From an uncultured bacterium (GTDB lineage: Bacteria > Babelota > Babeliae > Babelales > Babelaceae), in contig OY970209.1 of the NCBI GenBank assembly GCA_963713855.1, forward strand, positions 96,001 to 160,000: a stretch of 64,000 nucleotides of DNA, in the 5' to 3' direction. A program made the position numbers and the translations under genes. Under the pieces are notes generated by a model that did no database searches, was not told the origin of the DNA, and saw only the letters and a list, made by a program, of their open reading frames with translations. Below are positions 19,618 through 33,415 of the stretch, piece by piece; position 1 is the first letter of the stretch; every line of letters begins with the position of its first letter.

Positions 19618-21896
19618 TTAAAGCGAGCTATCTGCGGAAGTAGTCAGTGATTCATCGCCAAAGTTAACACTTCCCGCCCGATGTTTATGCAAGTACTTAT
19701 ACAGTAAGCAAGAAGTGACAGCGCCAGTTACCGCTAAGAGGCCAAATGCTACCGGAACCCCCACCGTCGTTCCTATAATAACGCCCAAAGGCAGATTACT
19801 ACCTCCATCTCCAGTTCCTGTACTTGTACCAAGCAACGGAAAGACTGAAACGTCATTTGATGCCTTATTTGCTGTTACAATAACCATATTTCCACTGCTT
19901 TCAAGAGGTGAAAAAGTTAATGCTTCATCATCACTCGACTGATCAGGCAAATAATAAGAAGTCCCCTGATCTAATATATCATTGATAGAGCTGAAAAGCG
20001 TAATACTATTGGAGCCGCTATTGGCCGTAGCAAGATAGGCCCCATTCGATGAGACCGCAATAAAAACTGGCTCAACAGCGCCTGCAGGTAATGGATAGGA
20101 TGTTCCAGCGCTTAACCTACCTACTTTTATAGGAAAAATTGTTATATCATTAGAGTCACTATTAGCGGTGGCAACAAGAAATTCACCGGTGCTCGTAGGC
20201 ACAAAGACAAGTGACCGAGGCTTTTTAGAACCAGCAGGCAGAACTTGAGATGCTATACTCTTCAACACCCCGTTTGTTGCATTAAAAAGCGTTACGTCAT
20301 TTGAAGCACTATTTGCCGTAGCAAGATACACACCATCAGAAGAAAAAGCGACTGCTACCGGATCCAAAGATCCTGCGGTAATCATAAGAGTGAGCATTCC
20401 CGTAGAGCTTGTCCAACGAACTTGAATATGGTCACATCGTTCGAATTACTATTTGCAAGAGCAAGATATGCATCGTCGGGCGAGAAATTAATTGAAGCAG
20501 GGTTGGATGAATTTGCAGGCAATGCATACGAAATACCACCTGTTAATTGCCCTCCGATCACTTTAAAAAGGGAGACATCATTGGATTTACTATTGGCAGT
20601 GGCTAGATACGACGCATTGTTTGAAAAAGCAAGATCGAACGGGAACAATGAGCCGGAAGGTAAAGGAAAAGATATTGCATTATTGAGCGTACTGTTCGCG
20701 TTCACCGTAAACAATGTTATATCGCTTGAGTTATAATTTGCTGTTGCAAGATACAAACCTATCTGGCAAAAAGTCACTGCGTCGGGTTCACTGATCCAGG
20801 TGGTAAAGGATAAGACCTCCGAGCTTGCTTGAAAACAAGCCAGAGCCGTAAAGACCGTTATGCTATTTGAATTGAAATTAGCAGTTGCCAAATACGCACC
20901 GGAAGGCGAAAAAGTTGCTGATTCTGGATAGGTGGAGCCAGAGGGTAAAGCATAAGAAGCAGCCCCGCTTAATACTCCTCCTGTTTGCACGTTAAATACT
21001 GTTACATCATTTGACTGAGCGTTAGCAGTAACCAAGTAAGTGTTCGAGGGCGAAAAGTTTACTGAGATAGGACCTAATGAACCAGCGGTAACGGATATGA
21101 AGCGCCATCATTCAAGGTTCCTCCTGCTTGCATGCTAAACACAGTGACATTAGCTGAAGTGCTATTAGCAGTTGCCAGATATGCACCAGATGGCGAAATT
21201 GCAATTGATTCCGGACCTGTCGAGCCAGCAGGTAAAGGGATAGGAAATACCGGTACTTAAAACTCCTCCTGTTCCCACCGTAAACACCGTAACATCATTG
21301 GAGAGGTCGTTAACAGTGACCAAATAATTGCCCGATGGTGAAAATGCTACTGAAGAGGCCCCGAGAAACTCCGGGCAAAGAATACGTCGTCCCTCCGCTT
21401 AATACTCCTCCTCCTACTGTAAATATGGTCACATTATTTGAAGGGCTATTAGCAGTGGCCAAATAATTGCCGGATGGGGAAAATGCCACTAACTGGGATC
21501 AGTAGGCCCCGAAGGTAAAGCATACGAGTCCCTCCGCTCAATACTCCGCCTGTCACGGTAAATATGGTGACATCGCTTGAGCTGGCATTGGCAGACACTA
21601 AGTAAGCACCTGAAGGCGAGAACTTTAGCGAAACAGACTGATTACTACCAGCTGGTAAAGATACGAGTACCGCACACTTAAGGTCCCCCCTGTTTCCACC
21701 GTAAACATTGTTACATAGGATGGATTGAAGGCGTTTGATGTAGCTAAATAGGTGCCTGAAGGCGAGAATGCTACTGTGGTAGGACCAGGCCCGCCGCTAA
21801 AGGGTAAGATATACCTGATTGCAGGGAACAAATAGCACCAGATTCTGAACTCATGAGAAGAGATGAGAGCAGGCTCAATACTATAGTAATTTTCAT
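19618..21896 (-). pseudogene. Double 7-bladed beta-propeller surface protein with C-terminal TM anchor, multiply frameshifted
   Basis: ATG at 21896 after GGGGAGAG; signal peptide; 14 repeats of FSP.G.YLATAN..S.DVT.F spread over several frames; paralog of 50068-51348. Confidence 0.8.
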
Positions 21897-22319
21897 TATA
21901 CTCTCCCCGTTTTAGTTTGAGACCTGAGTACTGCGAATTGCTCCTAGCCCTTATCTCGTTTTAAAGCTTCTTCTTGCTCTTTAGACCCGCTAATCCATAG
22001 TCAATCTGTTGCCGCGAAACAGCGTGTAAAAAAAAGCATACTGCTGAAAGTAAAAAAAATTACGAGCTTATCTACCAAACAAACTTTATTCGCTTGATAA
22101 TAATATCAAATGGGATCATTGTCCACCGCAAATCTTTTTTTTAATAAGCAGAACTCGTTAGGCACGATGTGAGCTCAAAATTAAGCTTCTAACAAATAAA
22201 AGCCGCAAACTGACTCATGCGGACGCATATCTCAGAAAATCAACGAAGCTTCTAGACACGAAACCGTGTACTCAGAAAAGGCCTTCATTCAGCTCAAAAA
22301 ACGCTCTTTCTCTAGGTAT

Positions 22320-22349
22320 TTGACTTTTTGTCAATATTCATTTTACTAT
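22320..22349 (+). promoter_or_regulatory. Putative topA promoter with TTGAC-N5-GTCAA inverted repeat over the -35
   Basis: TTGACT-18 nt-TACTAT. Confidence 0.45.
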
Positions 22350-22408
22350 AAGACTAAAGAAAGTAATCGCACCATCTCTGGTGTATCGCTGTAGGATGAT
22401 ACGTAAGC

Positions 22409-24646
22409 ATGAAAAAACTACTTATAGTTGAGTCGCCTGCCAAAATTAAAACCATAAGCAAGTTTTTGGGCAGAGACTTTAAAATTTTATCTACTGTTGG
22501 GCACGTTAAGGACCTACCACAAAAAAAGCTCGGTGTAACCGTAAACGGTGGCGTCAAAATTGATTATGTCGTTCTTGAAAAGAAGGACAAGGTGCTCCAG
22601 GAAATTTGCAAAGAAGCATCTAAAGCGGCGGAAGTATTTTTAGCGCCAGACCCTGATCGCGAAGGCGAGATCATTGCCTGGCACGTCGAGCAAGAAATAA
22701 AACATTGTGCATTCTAAAGTACCAGCCATTTACCGCATTACCTTTAACGAAATTACAAAACCCGCAATAGAAGAGGCGCTAACGCATCCGACCGATGTAG
22801 ACCTTAATAAAGTTGCAGCGCAGCAGGCACGTCGCATTTTAGACCGCTGGGTAGGCTACGAGGTATCGCCCATCCTCTGGCGTAAAATAAGCAAAGGTCT
22901 TTCAGCCGGCCGTGTACAATCAGTTGCACTACGGCTTATTTGTGACCGAGAAGATGCAATACGCATCTTTAAGCCCGAGGAATACTGGACCATCGAAGGA
23001 CGTCTTTAATGCCGAAGGCACCCCACTAACAGCTTCGCTTACTCATAAGAACAAGAAAAAAATTGAGCTTCCTTCAGAAAAAGAAGTAAAAAAGATCGTA
23101 GCCGACCTTGATGCACAATCGTCATTTACAGTAACCACTATTAAAGATACTAAAAGAGCAAAAAATGCAGCTCCACCATTTATGACGAGTACGTTACAAC
23201 AAGCTGCTTACAATCAGCTTGGTTTTTCTGTCGAAAAAACGATGATGGTTGCTCAACGTCTTTACGAAGGTATACCCCTTGAGGACGCCCAAACTCCAGT
23301 CGCCCTTATTACGTATATGCGTACCGACTCACTACGTATAGCGGATACAGCTCTTAAAGCTGCCCGAGGCTACATACAAGAGGCCTACGGAGCTGATTAT
23401 CTACCGGCAAAGGCACTCGTATATAGTAAAGCGGGTGGACAGGACGCGCATGAAGCGATTCGCCCAATTGCTGTAGCCGTGACACCAAACGAGGTTGCTT
23501 CGTACCTTGACAAAGATAGTATGAGACTTTACGAGCTTATTTGGAAACGCTTTGTTGCGTCTCAAATGAAACCGGCGCAGTATGCTCAAAGGCAAGTTAC
23601 CATAGACGGCGGACCTTACACTTTTAAAATTACTGGCTCGACACTTCTTTTTGATGGATTTTTGCGCGTCTACGCCGAGCAGGACGACGAGTCAGAAAAA
23701 GAGCAAAAGGTCGTTATACCCGCTCATTTACGTGAAAAGATGCCACTTACCTTAAAAAAACTATTACCAAAACAACATTTTACAGAACCTCCGCCACGGT
23801 ACACACAAGCATCACTTGTTAAAGAGCTTGAAAAAGAGGGGATTGGTAGGCCAAGCACCTATGCTACGATTTTAAAAACAATCCAAGCTCGTGCGTATAC
23901 GCAATTAGATGCAAAAAAACGCTTTGTGCCCACAGAGCTTGGTATGATTGTAACAAAGCTTCTTGTTGAAAATTTACCCCATATCATGGACACCAAGTTT
24001 ACTGCTTACATGGAAGAAGAGCTCGATGCTATAGCGCGTGGAGCTTTGGAGCGTGATGCTGTCTTAAAAACCTTTTACGGTGATTTTTCAAAAAACGTAG
24101 CAACATTTGCAGGCGATCAAGCAAAAAGGGCAGTTGAAGAAACAACAATCGCATGCCCAGGTTGCAAAGAGGGCACCCTTTTAGTCAGGTTTGGAAAAGC
24201 AGGGCCTTTCGTCGGCTGCAACGCATTCCCGGCATGTACATTTACCAGTAAATTTACAAGGACTCCTGAAGGACAAGTCATCTTGCAGGAATCTGAGCCA
24301 CCAAAAATGCTCTCAGAAGCGTGTCCTACGTGTAAAAGCCCTCTTCGCGAAGTTCACGGCAAATTTGGGCCTTTTATAGCATGTTCTGGGTATCCTAACT
24401 GTAAATACATTAAGCCAAAAACAGCATCTTTTGCCTGTCCATCCTGCAAAGGAAATGTAGTAAAACGCATGGGTAAAGGTAAAACTTTTTGGGGTTGTTC
24501 TCAATATCCTAGCTGTACCTTTACGATAGGCGGAGACATAGAAGAGACACCATGCCCAAAATGCAAAAGCCCCTACCTACTAAGACGTTCAACGAAATGG
24601 TCAGGATATACGCTTAATTGCCCTACCGCCGGATGCGAATACATGC

Positions 24647-24669
<23 letters not shown>
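22409..24669 (+). CDS. topA: DNA topoisomerase I (two apparent +1 frameshifts near 22705 and 23000)
   Basis: [44 protein letters not shown]-terminal Zn ribbons, spread over three ORFs. Confidence 0.93.
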
Positions 24670-26589
<1,920 letters not shown>

Positions 26590-27696
26590 TTAGCGTGATT
26601 TAACATCGACCCATACCTGATGTAATACTTCTTCAGAAAGAATAGGGGTAAAAAAGAGCACATGTTTTTTAAATTCTTCACGTGACCTGCTTAAAAGAAA
26701 GAGGATCGCGTTTTTAATTTCATCGTCAAATTCAAGATTTTTGAGAATGTTTGTTGTCGGCAATGAGGAAAGTTCATCAAAGTGATACTTCATGACCGAA
26801 GGCGTATACAGATAATTTAGAAATTCGTATGCCGCATCCTCATTACGAGCATGGGCTGGAATTGCAAAATTCTCAATACTAATAAACGTTCCTTCTTGAG
26901 GAATCGCAAATCCCACATCTAACGAGATTTTGCGCCCACGTAAAACGTTTGAAAACTGAGTAACAACAAGTGGGCAATCCTTACTCAAAAGAAAATAATC
27001 TGGCCTAAAATCGCTGTATGCTTCAACCCACTGCTTTTGTTTTATAAGTAATTGCCTAACACCTTCAGTCTGCTCTTCATTCAAAAACGGCAAAGGCCTC
27101 TGGGTAAACCGGTACAAATGGAAAGCTGCCAAATTTACAGCTTCAACAGAGTCATTCACCATAATAATCTTAAAGGTTTTTGGGTCCTCAAAAATCCATT
27201 TCCACGAGGGATTTAAAAGAGATCCTCCAAAAAAACTTTTACTAAAGCCAAGCCCAAAAATCTCCCACATATAAGGCAAAGAGTAGTCATTAGAGGGGTC
27301 AAAATCATACCCTAAAAAAACCGGGTTAATCGTATCTAAAAAAGAAAGCCTCTTTTTATCAATAGGCTTTAATAGGTTTTCTTCCCTTAGTATTTTTACT
27401 GCATAATCAGAGGGCACTACAAGGTCATACTCTGCACTTTTACCAGCATGCAGCGAGGATAAAAGCTCTTCATTGGTCGTATAATAGCTTACATTAAGCG
27501 TTATACCCGTTTTACTTGAAAAATCCGCTATTGTTCTTTCATCGAGAATTCCCGTCCACGTAAGAACATTGAGCGTTCTACTTGCCGACCAGGACAACGG
27601 AATACGTGAAATAAAAAAGCTTCCAATAATAACAATGCTCCAACCTAGCACTATAAAGAAGGGGATAGACCAATCGAAAAACGTTGTTTTCTTCAT
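26590..27696 (-). CDS. potD: Spermidine/putrescine ABC transporter substrate-binding protein
   Basis: LNVLTW, TNEEL, YDLVVPSDY, PYMW, PQEG; operon context. Confidence 0.88.
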   Translation of the reverse strand: MKKTTFFDWSIPFFIVLGWSIVIIGSFFISRIPLSWSASRTLNVLTWTGILDERTIADFSSKTGITLNVSYYTTNEELLSSLHAGKSAEYDLVVPSDYAVKILREENLLKPIDKKRLSFLDTINPVFLGYDFDPSNDYSLPYMWEIFGLGFSKSFFGGSLLNPSWKWIFEDPKTFKIIMVNDSVEAVNLAAFHLYRFTQRPLPFLNEEQTEGVRQLLIKQKQWVEAYSDFRPDYFLLSKDCPLVVTQFSNVLRGRKISLDVGFAIPQEGTFISIENFAIPAHARNEDAAYEFLNYLYTPSVMKYHFDELSSLPTTNILKNLEFDDEIKNAILFLLSRSREEFKKHVLFFTPILSEEVLHQVWVDVKSR

Positions 27697-28496
27697 TAAA
27701 ATACCTTCATCCTGGCCGCTCTTGAACAGAAAAAGAGCACCAGAAGACTACTTATTACCAAAAGACATGCCGATAAAGCGTTAACTACGGGAGATACACC
27801 ATTCCTGAGCATTGAAAGAATGTACACTGGCAGTGTTTGAGAAGAGGGTCCGCTGCAAAAATAGGAAAGGACAAAATCATCAAAAGAAATAATAAAAACA
27901 AGCATACCAGCGACTAACAGTGCTGGACGTAAAAGGGGAAGCACTATTTTCACAAGCGTTTGAGCTTGCGTTGCTCCAAGGTCTAACGAGGCTTCTAAAA
28001 GCCGGTAATCTATTTCACCATACCGTACATATAAAAGAGGAACGGCATAGCCCAAACCCAAAACGGTGTGTGCCGCAATAAGTGTCATAATGCCGAGCGG
28101 GACTTTACTCAAGGTAAAAAGGCTCAAAAGTCCCACGGCAAGAACAATCTCAGGCACGATAAGGTTTGCATAAAAAAAAGTTAAGATTCTCTGCATGCGG
28201 CGATATTGAGCAGTAGCAAAAATAATTGCTATAGCCATAAAGAGGGTGATAACCGTTGTAAATGCACCTACGATTAAAGAATTGTAGAATGCTGACCACA
28301 ATTCACCGGATTCCCACCAGAGCTGTTTATACCAAAAAAAGGTAAATCCAGTCCACGGGGCCGGCAGCGCCTCTTGGTTAAAAGAAAAAACAACTAACGT
28401 TACAATAGGTACGTACAAAAATATATAGAGACAAGCAATAAAAAAGACGTTTAGTCCAGACACCATAATTGCGCGTGTGTTTATTTTAACTACCAT
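27696..28496 (-). CDS. potC: Spermidine/putrescine ABC permease
   Basis: FLYVPI..FSFN, PEIV, EASLDLGA, SFDDF. Confidence 0.9.
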   Translation of the reverse strand: MVVKINTRAIMVSGLNVFFIACLYIFLYVPIVTLVVFSFNQEALPAPWTGFTFFWYKQLWWESGELWSAFYNSLIVGAFTTVITLFMAIAIIFATAQYRRMQRILTFFYANLIVPEIVLAVGLLSLFTLSKVPLGIMTLIAAHTVLGLGYAVPLLYVRYGEIDYRLLEASLDLGATQAQTLVKIVLPLLRPALLVAGMLVFIISFDDFVLSYFCSGPSSQTLPVYILSMLRNGVSPVVNALSACLLVISSLLVLFFCSRAARMKVF

Positions 28497-28510
28497 AACA
28501 CGGTCTTTCT

Positions 28511-29365
28511 TTATAATGCTCGAGCTACTTTTCTAATTACTGGAATGAGGACTAACGCACTAAAAAGGAGCGTCAGCGAGCTTATCACGGTAAACGCTGC
28601 CCCTGCAGACATCGTTGTTCCTCCCAAAATGTAATAAGAGATCACTGAACCCACATACATTTTTTTGTCCCCGCCTAAAAGTTCGGGAATCGCAAACTCA
28701 GCAAATGAAGGAACAAAAACAAGAAAAAAACCGGACAGAATACCAGGCACCGTCACTGGTATTAACACTTTTTTAAGAGTCTGAAACCATGTAGCACCCA
28801 AGTCCAAGGAAGCCTCTATAAGCCTTAGGTCAAATTTTTCTAAAATTGAATAGAGCGGCAAGACCATAAACGGCAAATAATAATAGACGGTCATTAAGTA
28901 TACGGCGGATGTTGTATTGAGCACCTGGATCGGCTGCCTTATAAACCCGATGCTTAATAGGGTATTATTGAGTAAACCTTCGCGCTCAAGCACAAAAAAC
29001 CACGCGCAGATATGGAGCAAAAAGTTGGTCCAAAAAGGAACTATCAAAAGAAAAAGGAGAAGCAATTTAAATTTACCCGCTTTAAAAGCAATAAAATAGG
29101 CAGTTGGATACGAAATTAAAAGGCAAATCAAACCACTTGAAAAAGCAAGAAGCAATGAACGCGCGAGAATCCGAAAATAGGCCTCCCTAAAAAAGGGCTT
29201 GAATGATGCTAAAGTAAATCCCGTTTGCAGATCGGGAAAAAAGCTTAACCCAAAGACAATACAAATGGGGATCGCAAAAAAAAGAAACTGCCATAAAAGC
29301 ACCGGTGTACTTAAAAAAAGGGGCAGGTAAGGAGTTGTATAGGTTTTTAGGCGCTCCCAGCTCAT
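28511..29365 (-). CDS. potB: Spermidine/putrescine ABC permease
   Basis: PFWTNFL, LPFMVLPLY, EASLDLGA, PELLGG. Confidence 0.9.
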   Translation of the reverse strand: MSWERLKTYTTPYLPLFLSTPVLLWQFLFFAIPICIVFGLSFFPDLQTGFTLASFKPFFREAYFRILARSLLLAFSSGLICLLISYPTAYFIAFKAGKFKLLLLFLLIVPFWTNFLLHICAWFFVLEREGLLNNTLLSIGFIRQPIQVLNTTSAVYLMTVYYYLPFMVLPLYSILEKFDLRLIEASLDLGATWFQTLKKVLIPVTVPGILSGFFLVFVPSFAEFAIPELLGGDKKMYVGSVISYYILGGTTMSAGAAFTVISSLTLLFSALVLIPVIRKVARAL

Positions 29366-29368
29366 AGA

Positions 29369-30448
29369 CTACCGCTCCAACAAAACGACATTTTCTTTTT
29401 GCCAATATAAATATACTTCGTTATCGTAATCGATAACTTCCTGAGAAAAATGTTCATCATTTTGCTCAAATACCTGTAACCGTTCACCATTTTTTAAGCG
29501 CACGTTATATTGAGTGGATCTTCCATGATAAACGATGCTATCTACGGATCCACGAAGCATATTAGAAAAACCCTCTTTACGACTTTTACTAATAAGCACT
29601 TTTTCTGGTCGCAAACTCATGACAATCGAAGCGCCCTCGCGAAGCCAATCTTTTTTATGAGTGAGGTCGATGTTAAACGAGCCCAAGTCTCCCACTTCAA
29701 GTGTACCATCACGTACTACGCCTTTGAGTATGTTAGTGCTTCCAACAAAACGTGCAACAAACGAGCTTATAGGAAACTCATAGATTTCTTTAGGAGTTCC
29801 AACTTGCTCAATCTCGCCATCAGCATTCATGATCGCCATTTGATCAGCAACCGTCAATGCTTCAAATTGGTCGTGCGTTACGTAAACGAATGTTGTTTTA
29901 AGCTTGTCTTGAAGATCAATCAGCTCAATAAGCACTTTTTCACGTAGCTTTACGTCAAGCGCTGCAAGCGGCTCATCTAAAAGCAATACCTCAGGCTCAT
30001 TAATAATAGCACGCGCTAAAGCGACGCGCTGTTGCTGACCACCCGAAAGTTGCTGAATAGATTTATACATCTGAGTCTGAAGATTTACTGAGGTTAATAT
30101 TTTTTCTACTTTCTCTTTAATCAAGAAAGCGGGAACCCCTTTTATCACCTGACTGTAGGCAACGTTTTCGTACACGTTAAGATGAGGAAAAAGAGCATAG
30201 CTCTGGAATACGGTATTGACTCGTCGCTGATTTATAGGCTTATCGGTAATTTCTTCATCACCTATATAAATCTTGCCAGAGTCGACTTTTTCAAAACCAC
30301 CTATAAGACGCAACAAAGTTGTTTTGCCACTTCCGCTTGGACCTAAAAGTGCAAAAAATTTACCCCCCGGAATAGTCAGGCTTAAGTTTTGAAGAATAAC
30401 TTCATCATGATAACTTTTGGTAACTTTTTCAATGCGTATGCTTTTCAT
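29369..30448 (-). CDS. potA: Spermidine/putrescine ABC ATPase
   Basis: GPSGSGKT, VFQSYALFPH, LSGGQQQR, LLLDEP, TOBE tail; likely start MKSIRI. Confidence 0.92.
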   Translation of the reverse strand: MKSIRIEKVTKSYHDEVILQNLSLTIPGGKFFALLGPSGSGKTTLLRLIGGFEKVDSGKIYIGDEEITDKPINQRRVNTVFQSYALFPHLNVYENVAYSQVIKGVPAFLIKEKVEKILTSVNLQTQMYKSIQQLSGGQQQRVALARAIINEPEVLLLDEPLAALDVKLREKVLIELIDLQDKLKTTFVYVTHDQFEALTVADQMAIMNADGEIEQVGTPKEIYEFPISSFVARFVGSTNILKGVVRDGTLEVGDLGSFNIDLTHKKDWLREGASIVMSLRPEKVLISKSRKEGFSNMLRGSVDSIVYHGRSTQYNVRLKNGERLQVFEQNDEHFSQEVIDYDNEVYLYWQKENVVLLER

Positions 30449-31139
30449 TATTCCTGTGTGCAAAATACCAAGGTACAACAACATCTGACAAAGTGCAAGG
30501 TACAACCACGGCGATTATGAGAAAAAAGAACAGTAATCCCATTGATTCATGCCAATTATTAAATCCGTACGAAACCATGTAAAAGAGCGATGCTAAAGAG
30601 CTAATGAGAATATGAACAAAATGGGAACCGAGTGAAAAAAAGCTCAAAAGCGCTTCGTGGTGAGCTCTTAACACGATACCTGTTATAAGGCCAATGGCAA
30701 GTAATGGAACAATATTATGAAGTTCTGATATAAAGCAGATATGCATAGCCATTTTAACGCCGAGAATGTTACCTGCTAATGTAGGTAACGCAACATCCGA
30801 AAGCGTACAAAAAAATGAAGGAGAAAGTATCGATAACACGATGCCACTCCAAAAAGCTTTTGAAAAGCGCGAGAAAGTAACGAATGTTCCCACGACTGCG
30901 TACACTATGTGAAGATAATGAAAAGAGTGAAAGAGAATGTGGTACCCTTGCAAAACAGCTGCTCCTCGCATTATACCCAGTCCTATAAAATGAAGAATAC
31001 TCAAAAGAATGAACCCGAAAGCTATAGAGAAGGTAGCCCAGGGCAAATGGCAGGCTATCTCCTTCAAAATCGAAGATTCATGACTTTGATGAGCATGATC
31101 GTGATAATCTTGGTCCTGTTTATTTGTACCGGAATGCAT
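30429..31139 (-). CDS. His-rich uncharacterised membrane protein
   Basis: About seven TM segments, many His in or near helices, CTLSD occurs twice. Confidence 0.7.
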   Translation of the reverse strand: MHSGTNKQDQDYHDHAHQSHESSILKEIACHLPWATFSIAFGFILLSILHFIGLGIMRGAAVLQGYHILFHSFHYLHIVYAVVGTFVTFSRFSKAFWSGIVLSILSPSFFCTLSDVALPTLAGNILGVKMAMHICFISELHNIVPLLAIGLITGIVLRAHHEALLSFFSLGSHFVHILISSLASLFYMVSYGFNNWHESMGLLFFFLIIAVVVPCTLSDVVVPWYFAHRNNEKHTH

Positions 31140-31349
31140 AAGTAGTCGCTTTTCCTGATCTATAAAAAGAAGTAAAAATCTGTCTATCTATGAATATAAA
31201 GCTTTTTTTACATAAAGCAAAAAATACAAAAAGTTAGACCTTCATCCAATTGAGCCAGGCAATAGCAAACTGTGCAACCAAAAATCAATTTTTACAAGAA
31301 CGAGTGAATATAAAGACAATAAGGGATACAGCTCATTTTGATATGCGGA

Positions 31350-31625
31350 CTAAGCTATAATACGAAAGACACCACGATAGTCTTTATCCTTTAAAAAGGG
31401 TTCAACTTCGATACTAAAGGGCTTTTTAGCTGCACCTTCCTTATACAAAAAATCAACAAAGCTTTCAATGCTATCTATTGAACCGCATGCTATTAGTCTG
31501 ACACTATCCGGCGGAACCTGGTGTAAAATCCCCTCAACGCCTAGCTTACGGGCTTGTTTTTGCAAGACCTCCACGAAAGCTTTGGTTATTTTGCCGGTGC
31601 ATATAATCCTAACACATTTTATCAT
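31350..31625 (-). CDS. Acylphosphatase-like protein (catalytic residues apparently absent)
   Basis: Fold pattern G...F...A..LG..G......V...A.G and C-terminal FRI retained. Confidence 0.6.
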   Translation of the reverse strand: MIKCVRIICTGKITKAFVEVLQKQARKLGVEGILHQVPPDSVRLIACGSIDSIESFVDFLYKEGAAKKPFSIEVEPFLKDKDYRGVFRIIA

Positions 31626-31761
31626 ACCTCTCCCTTTTGGCATTTTAACATGCTGATGAATGAGGGTACCAAATCATTTTCGCATCTGTCAAAAGCAAAA
31701 GATATAATCCCGACGTCGGCCCCCAGAGACACTGGTTTGCCATCTTTATTTAAAAATGCCC

Positions 31762-33150
31762 TTACTTTGATGCTCCTGGCGGTAAAAATCCGCCCACTTC
31801 AGCAGGTAAACAGATTGCCCTTGATAGCCATTCTTTCAATGCTTTATTAACATCGATACCGTGATCAGCCAGAAAACCTGCCATATAAAGTACGCGTTCA
31901 AAATCAGAAGGATGCGTACTATCTTCGCCAGCAGTTATTTTATCTTCTTCTAGAGGAGTGGGAGCAGACAAGTGCATATCAGTGAGAATTGTCGAAATTT
32001 TGTTTTGTTCTAATAAAGTATCAAGAGCAAATAAATCAGCCCTTTTTTCCGCTATTCGTGATCTTAGAAGCTCATTATAGTCTTCGCGCGATGGGGGTAT
32101 CTCCCACAAAGCAGGTTTTTTAGCAATAATTTCGCGCATGTTTCGACCAATAGATGTCGTATCATCTAACACGTTTTTCCCAAGTTCGCGGTAGTGATTA
32201 ACTCGCTTAAGATCTTTTCGAACATCAGGCCGTCGGTTTACTGTGCTCGGTGAAAGCTTACCTTCTTCAATTTCCTTATAAATTCTGTGGTCATCATGAA
32301 TGATATGACCCAACTCATGGTAAATAGTAAATAGCATGGCATCTAAATCGGGTTCCTGACAAAGCGCTATATAAGCCTTGCTTTTGGAAACGGTTCCTAC
32401 TTGTCCACCGGTGGTAATATCAGGGTACCATAAGGTCAGGAGCTTATCTTTGAGCCCAATAATGGCCTGCGCCTCTTTTACCAGTTGCTTTTGGGCAAGT
32501 GTTGCAGGTAGTGCGCCTGTCAACAAGGATCCTATTTCCAGAGCCTCTGCTACATTCTTTATCTCCTTTTCCGCGCTAAGACCTTTCAAGTGCAACGTTT
32601 GAAGCCATTCTTTGTCGACATGGTGTATCGTTTTTGCAAGCGGTGCGTGAAGAAGCTCTCTCAAAAAGTTATAGGCAAAAAGGTAGCTTCTCGAGATCTC
32701 CAGTTTTTCCGTATGAAAGATTGCTTGTTCAAGATCTGACTGTTCCTCGCTTATAAGCCACAGAAGGTTTGCTATTTGAGCTTCTAAAAAGATATAGCCA
32801 TCATCACGCCATCCTAGCTTTTTAAGTTCTTTCCAGATTGTGAAATCACGGCGCTTAAGCCATACCGACTTAATATCCTCAATGCCTTTTACTTGCTCAA
32901 CGTGAGCTAAGCTGCGCAATCGATTGTAACTATCAAGCGCTTTTTGTTCGTGATTGCCAGCTTCTTGATAAGGGTCATTCTTCATATCCTCAAGAGCTTC
33001 CTCAACTGATTGAATAAGACCCTCTTGCTCTATAAGAAGGCTTTTCTCGTCAGTTTTTTGGGCTAATGCTTCTTGTACATGTACATTCTGAGTAGCTGAA
33101 CAGGCAATAAGTATCAAACACAGCGCAACTACTTTTCGTATTATTTTCAT
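31762..33150 (-). CDS. M48-like zinc metallopeptidase lipoprotein
   Basis: Lipobox LIAC; YHELGH, EKRAD, THPS..ER. Confidence 0.75.
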   Translation of the reverse strand: MKIIRKVVALCLILIACSATQNVHVQEALAQKTDEKSLLIEQEGLIQSVEEALEDMKNDPYQEAGNHEQKALDSYNRLRSLAHVEQVKGIEDIKSVWLKRRDFTIWKELKKLGWRDDGYIFLEAQIANLLWLISEEQSDLEQAIFHTEKLEISRSYLFAYNFLRELLHAPLAKTIHHVDKEWLQTLHLKGLSAEKEIKNVAEALEIGSLLTGALPATLAQKQLVKEAQAIIGLKDKLLTLWYPDITTGGQVGTVSKSKAYIALCQEPDLDAMLFTIYHELGHIIHDDHRIYKEIEEGKLSPSTVNRRPDVRKDLKRVNHYRELGKNVLDDTTSIGRNMREIIAKKPALWEIPPSREDYNELLRSRIAEKRADLFALDTLLEQNKISTILTDMHLSAPTPLEEDKITAGEDSTHPSDFERVLYMAGFLADHGIDVNKALKEWLSRAICLPAEVGGFLPPGASK

Positions 33151-33415
33151 TATCCACCTATCGAACAATTAACGGCTTTTATTTCTAATCGTATAATAAA
33201 TTATTATATTAAATCAAGAGTAGAACCTTTAAATAGAGACCCGTGCTAAGCCGCAATGGGCACATACTAGGAGGTCTCGATGGAAAAATCTACATTTAAT
33301 CGCTTTGCAATTTTTAATCTAAGTCGAGAAAGTAAGGTTAGATTGAGAAGGTTTAACAAAAAAGCAGTATGTACTATACTAAAAATAATACACCTTCGAA
33401 ACTGTCAAGGAATTC

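Noticed and set aside
19618..21896. ~140-nt periodicity as a CRISPR array or DGR
   Set aside because: The repeats are degenerate protein-coding propeller blades; no identical repeats, cas genes or reverse transcriptase.
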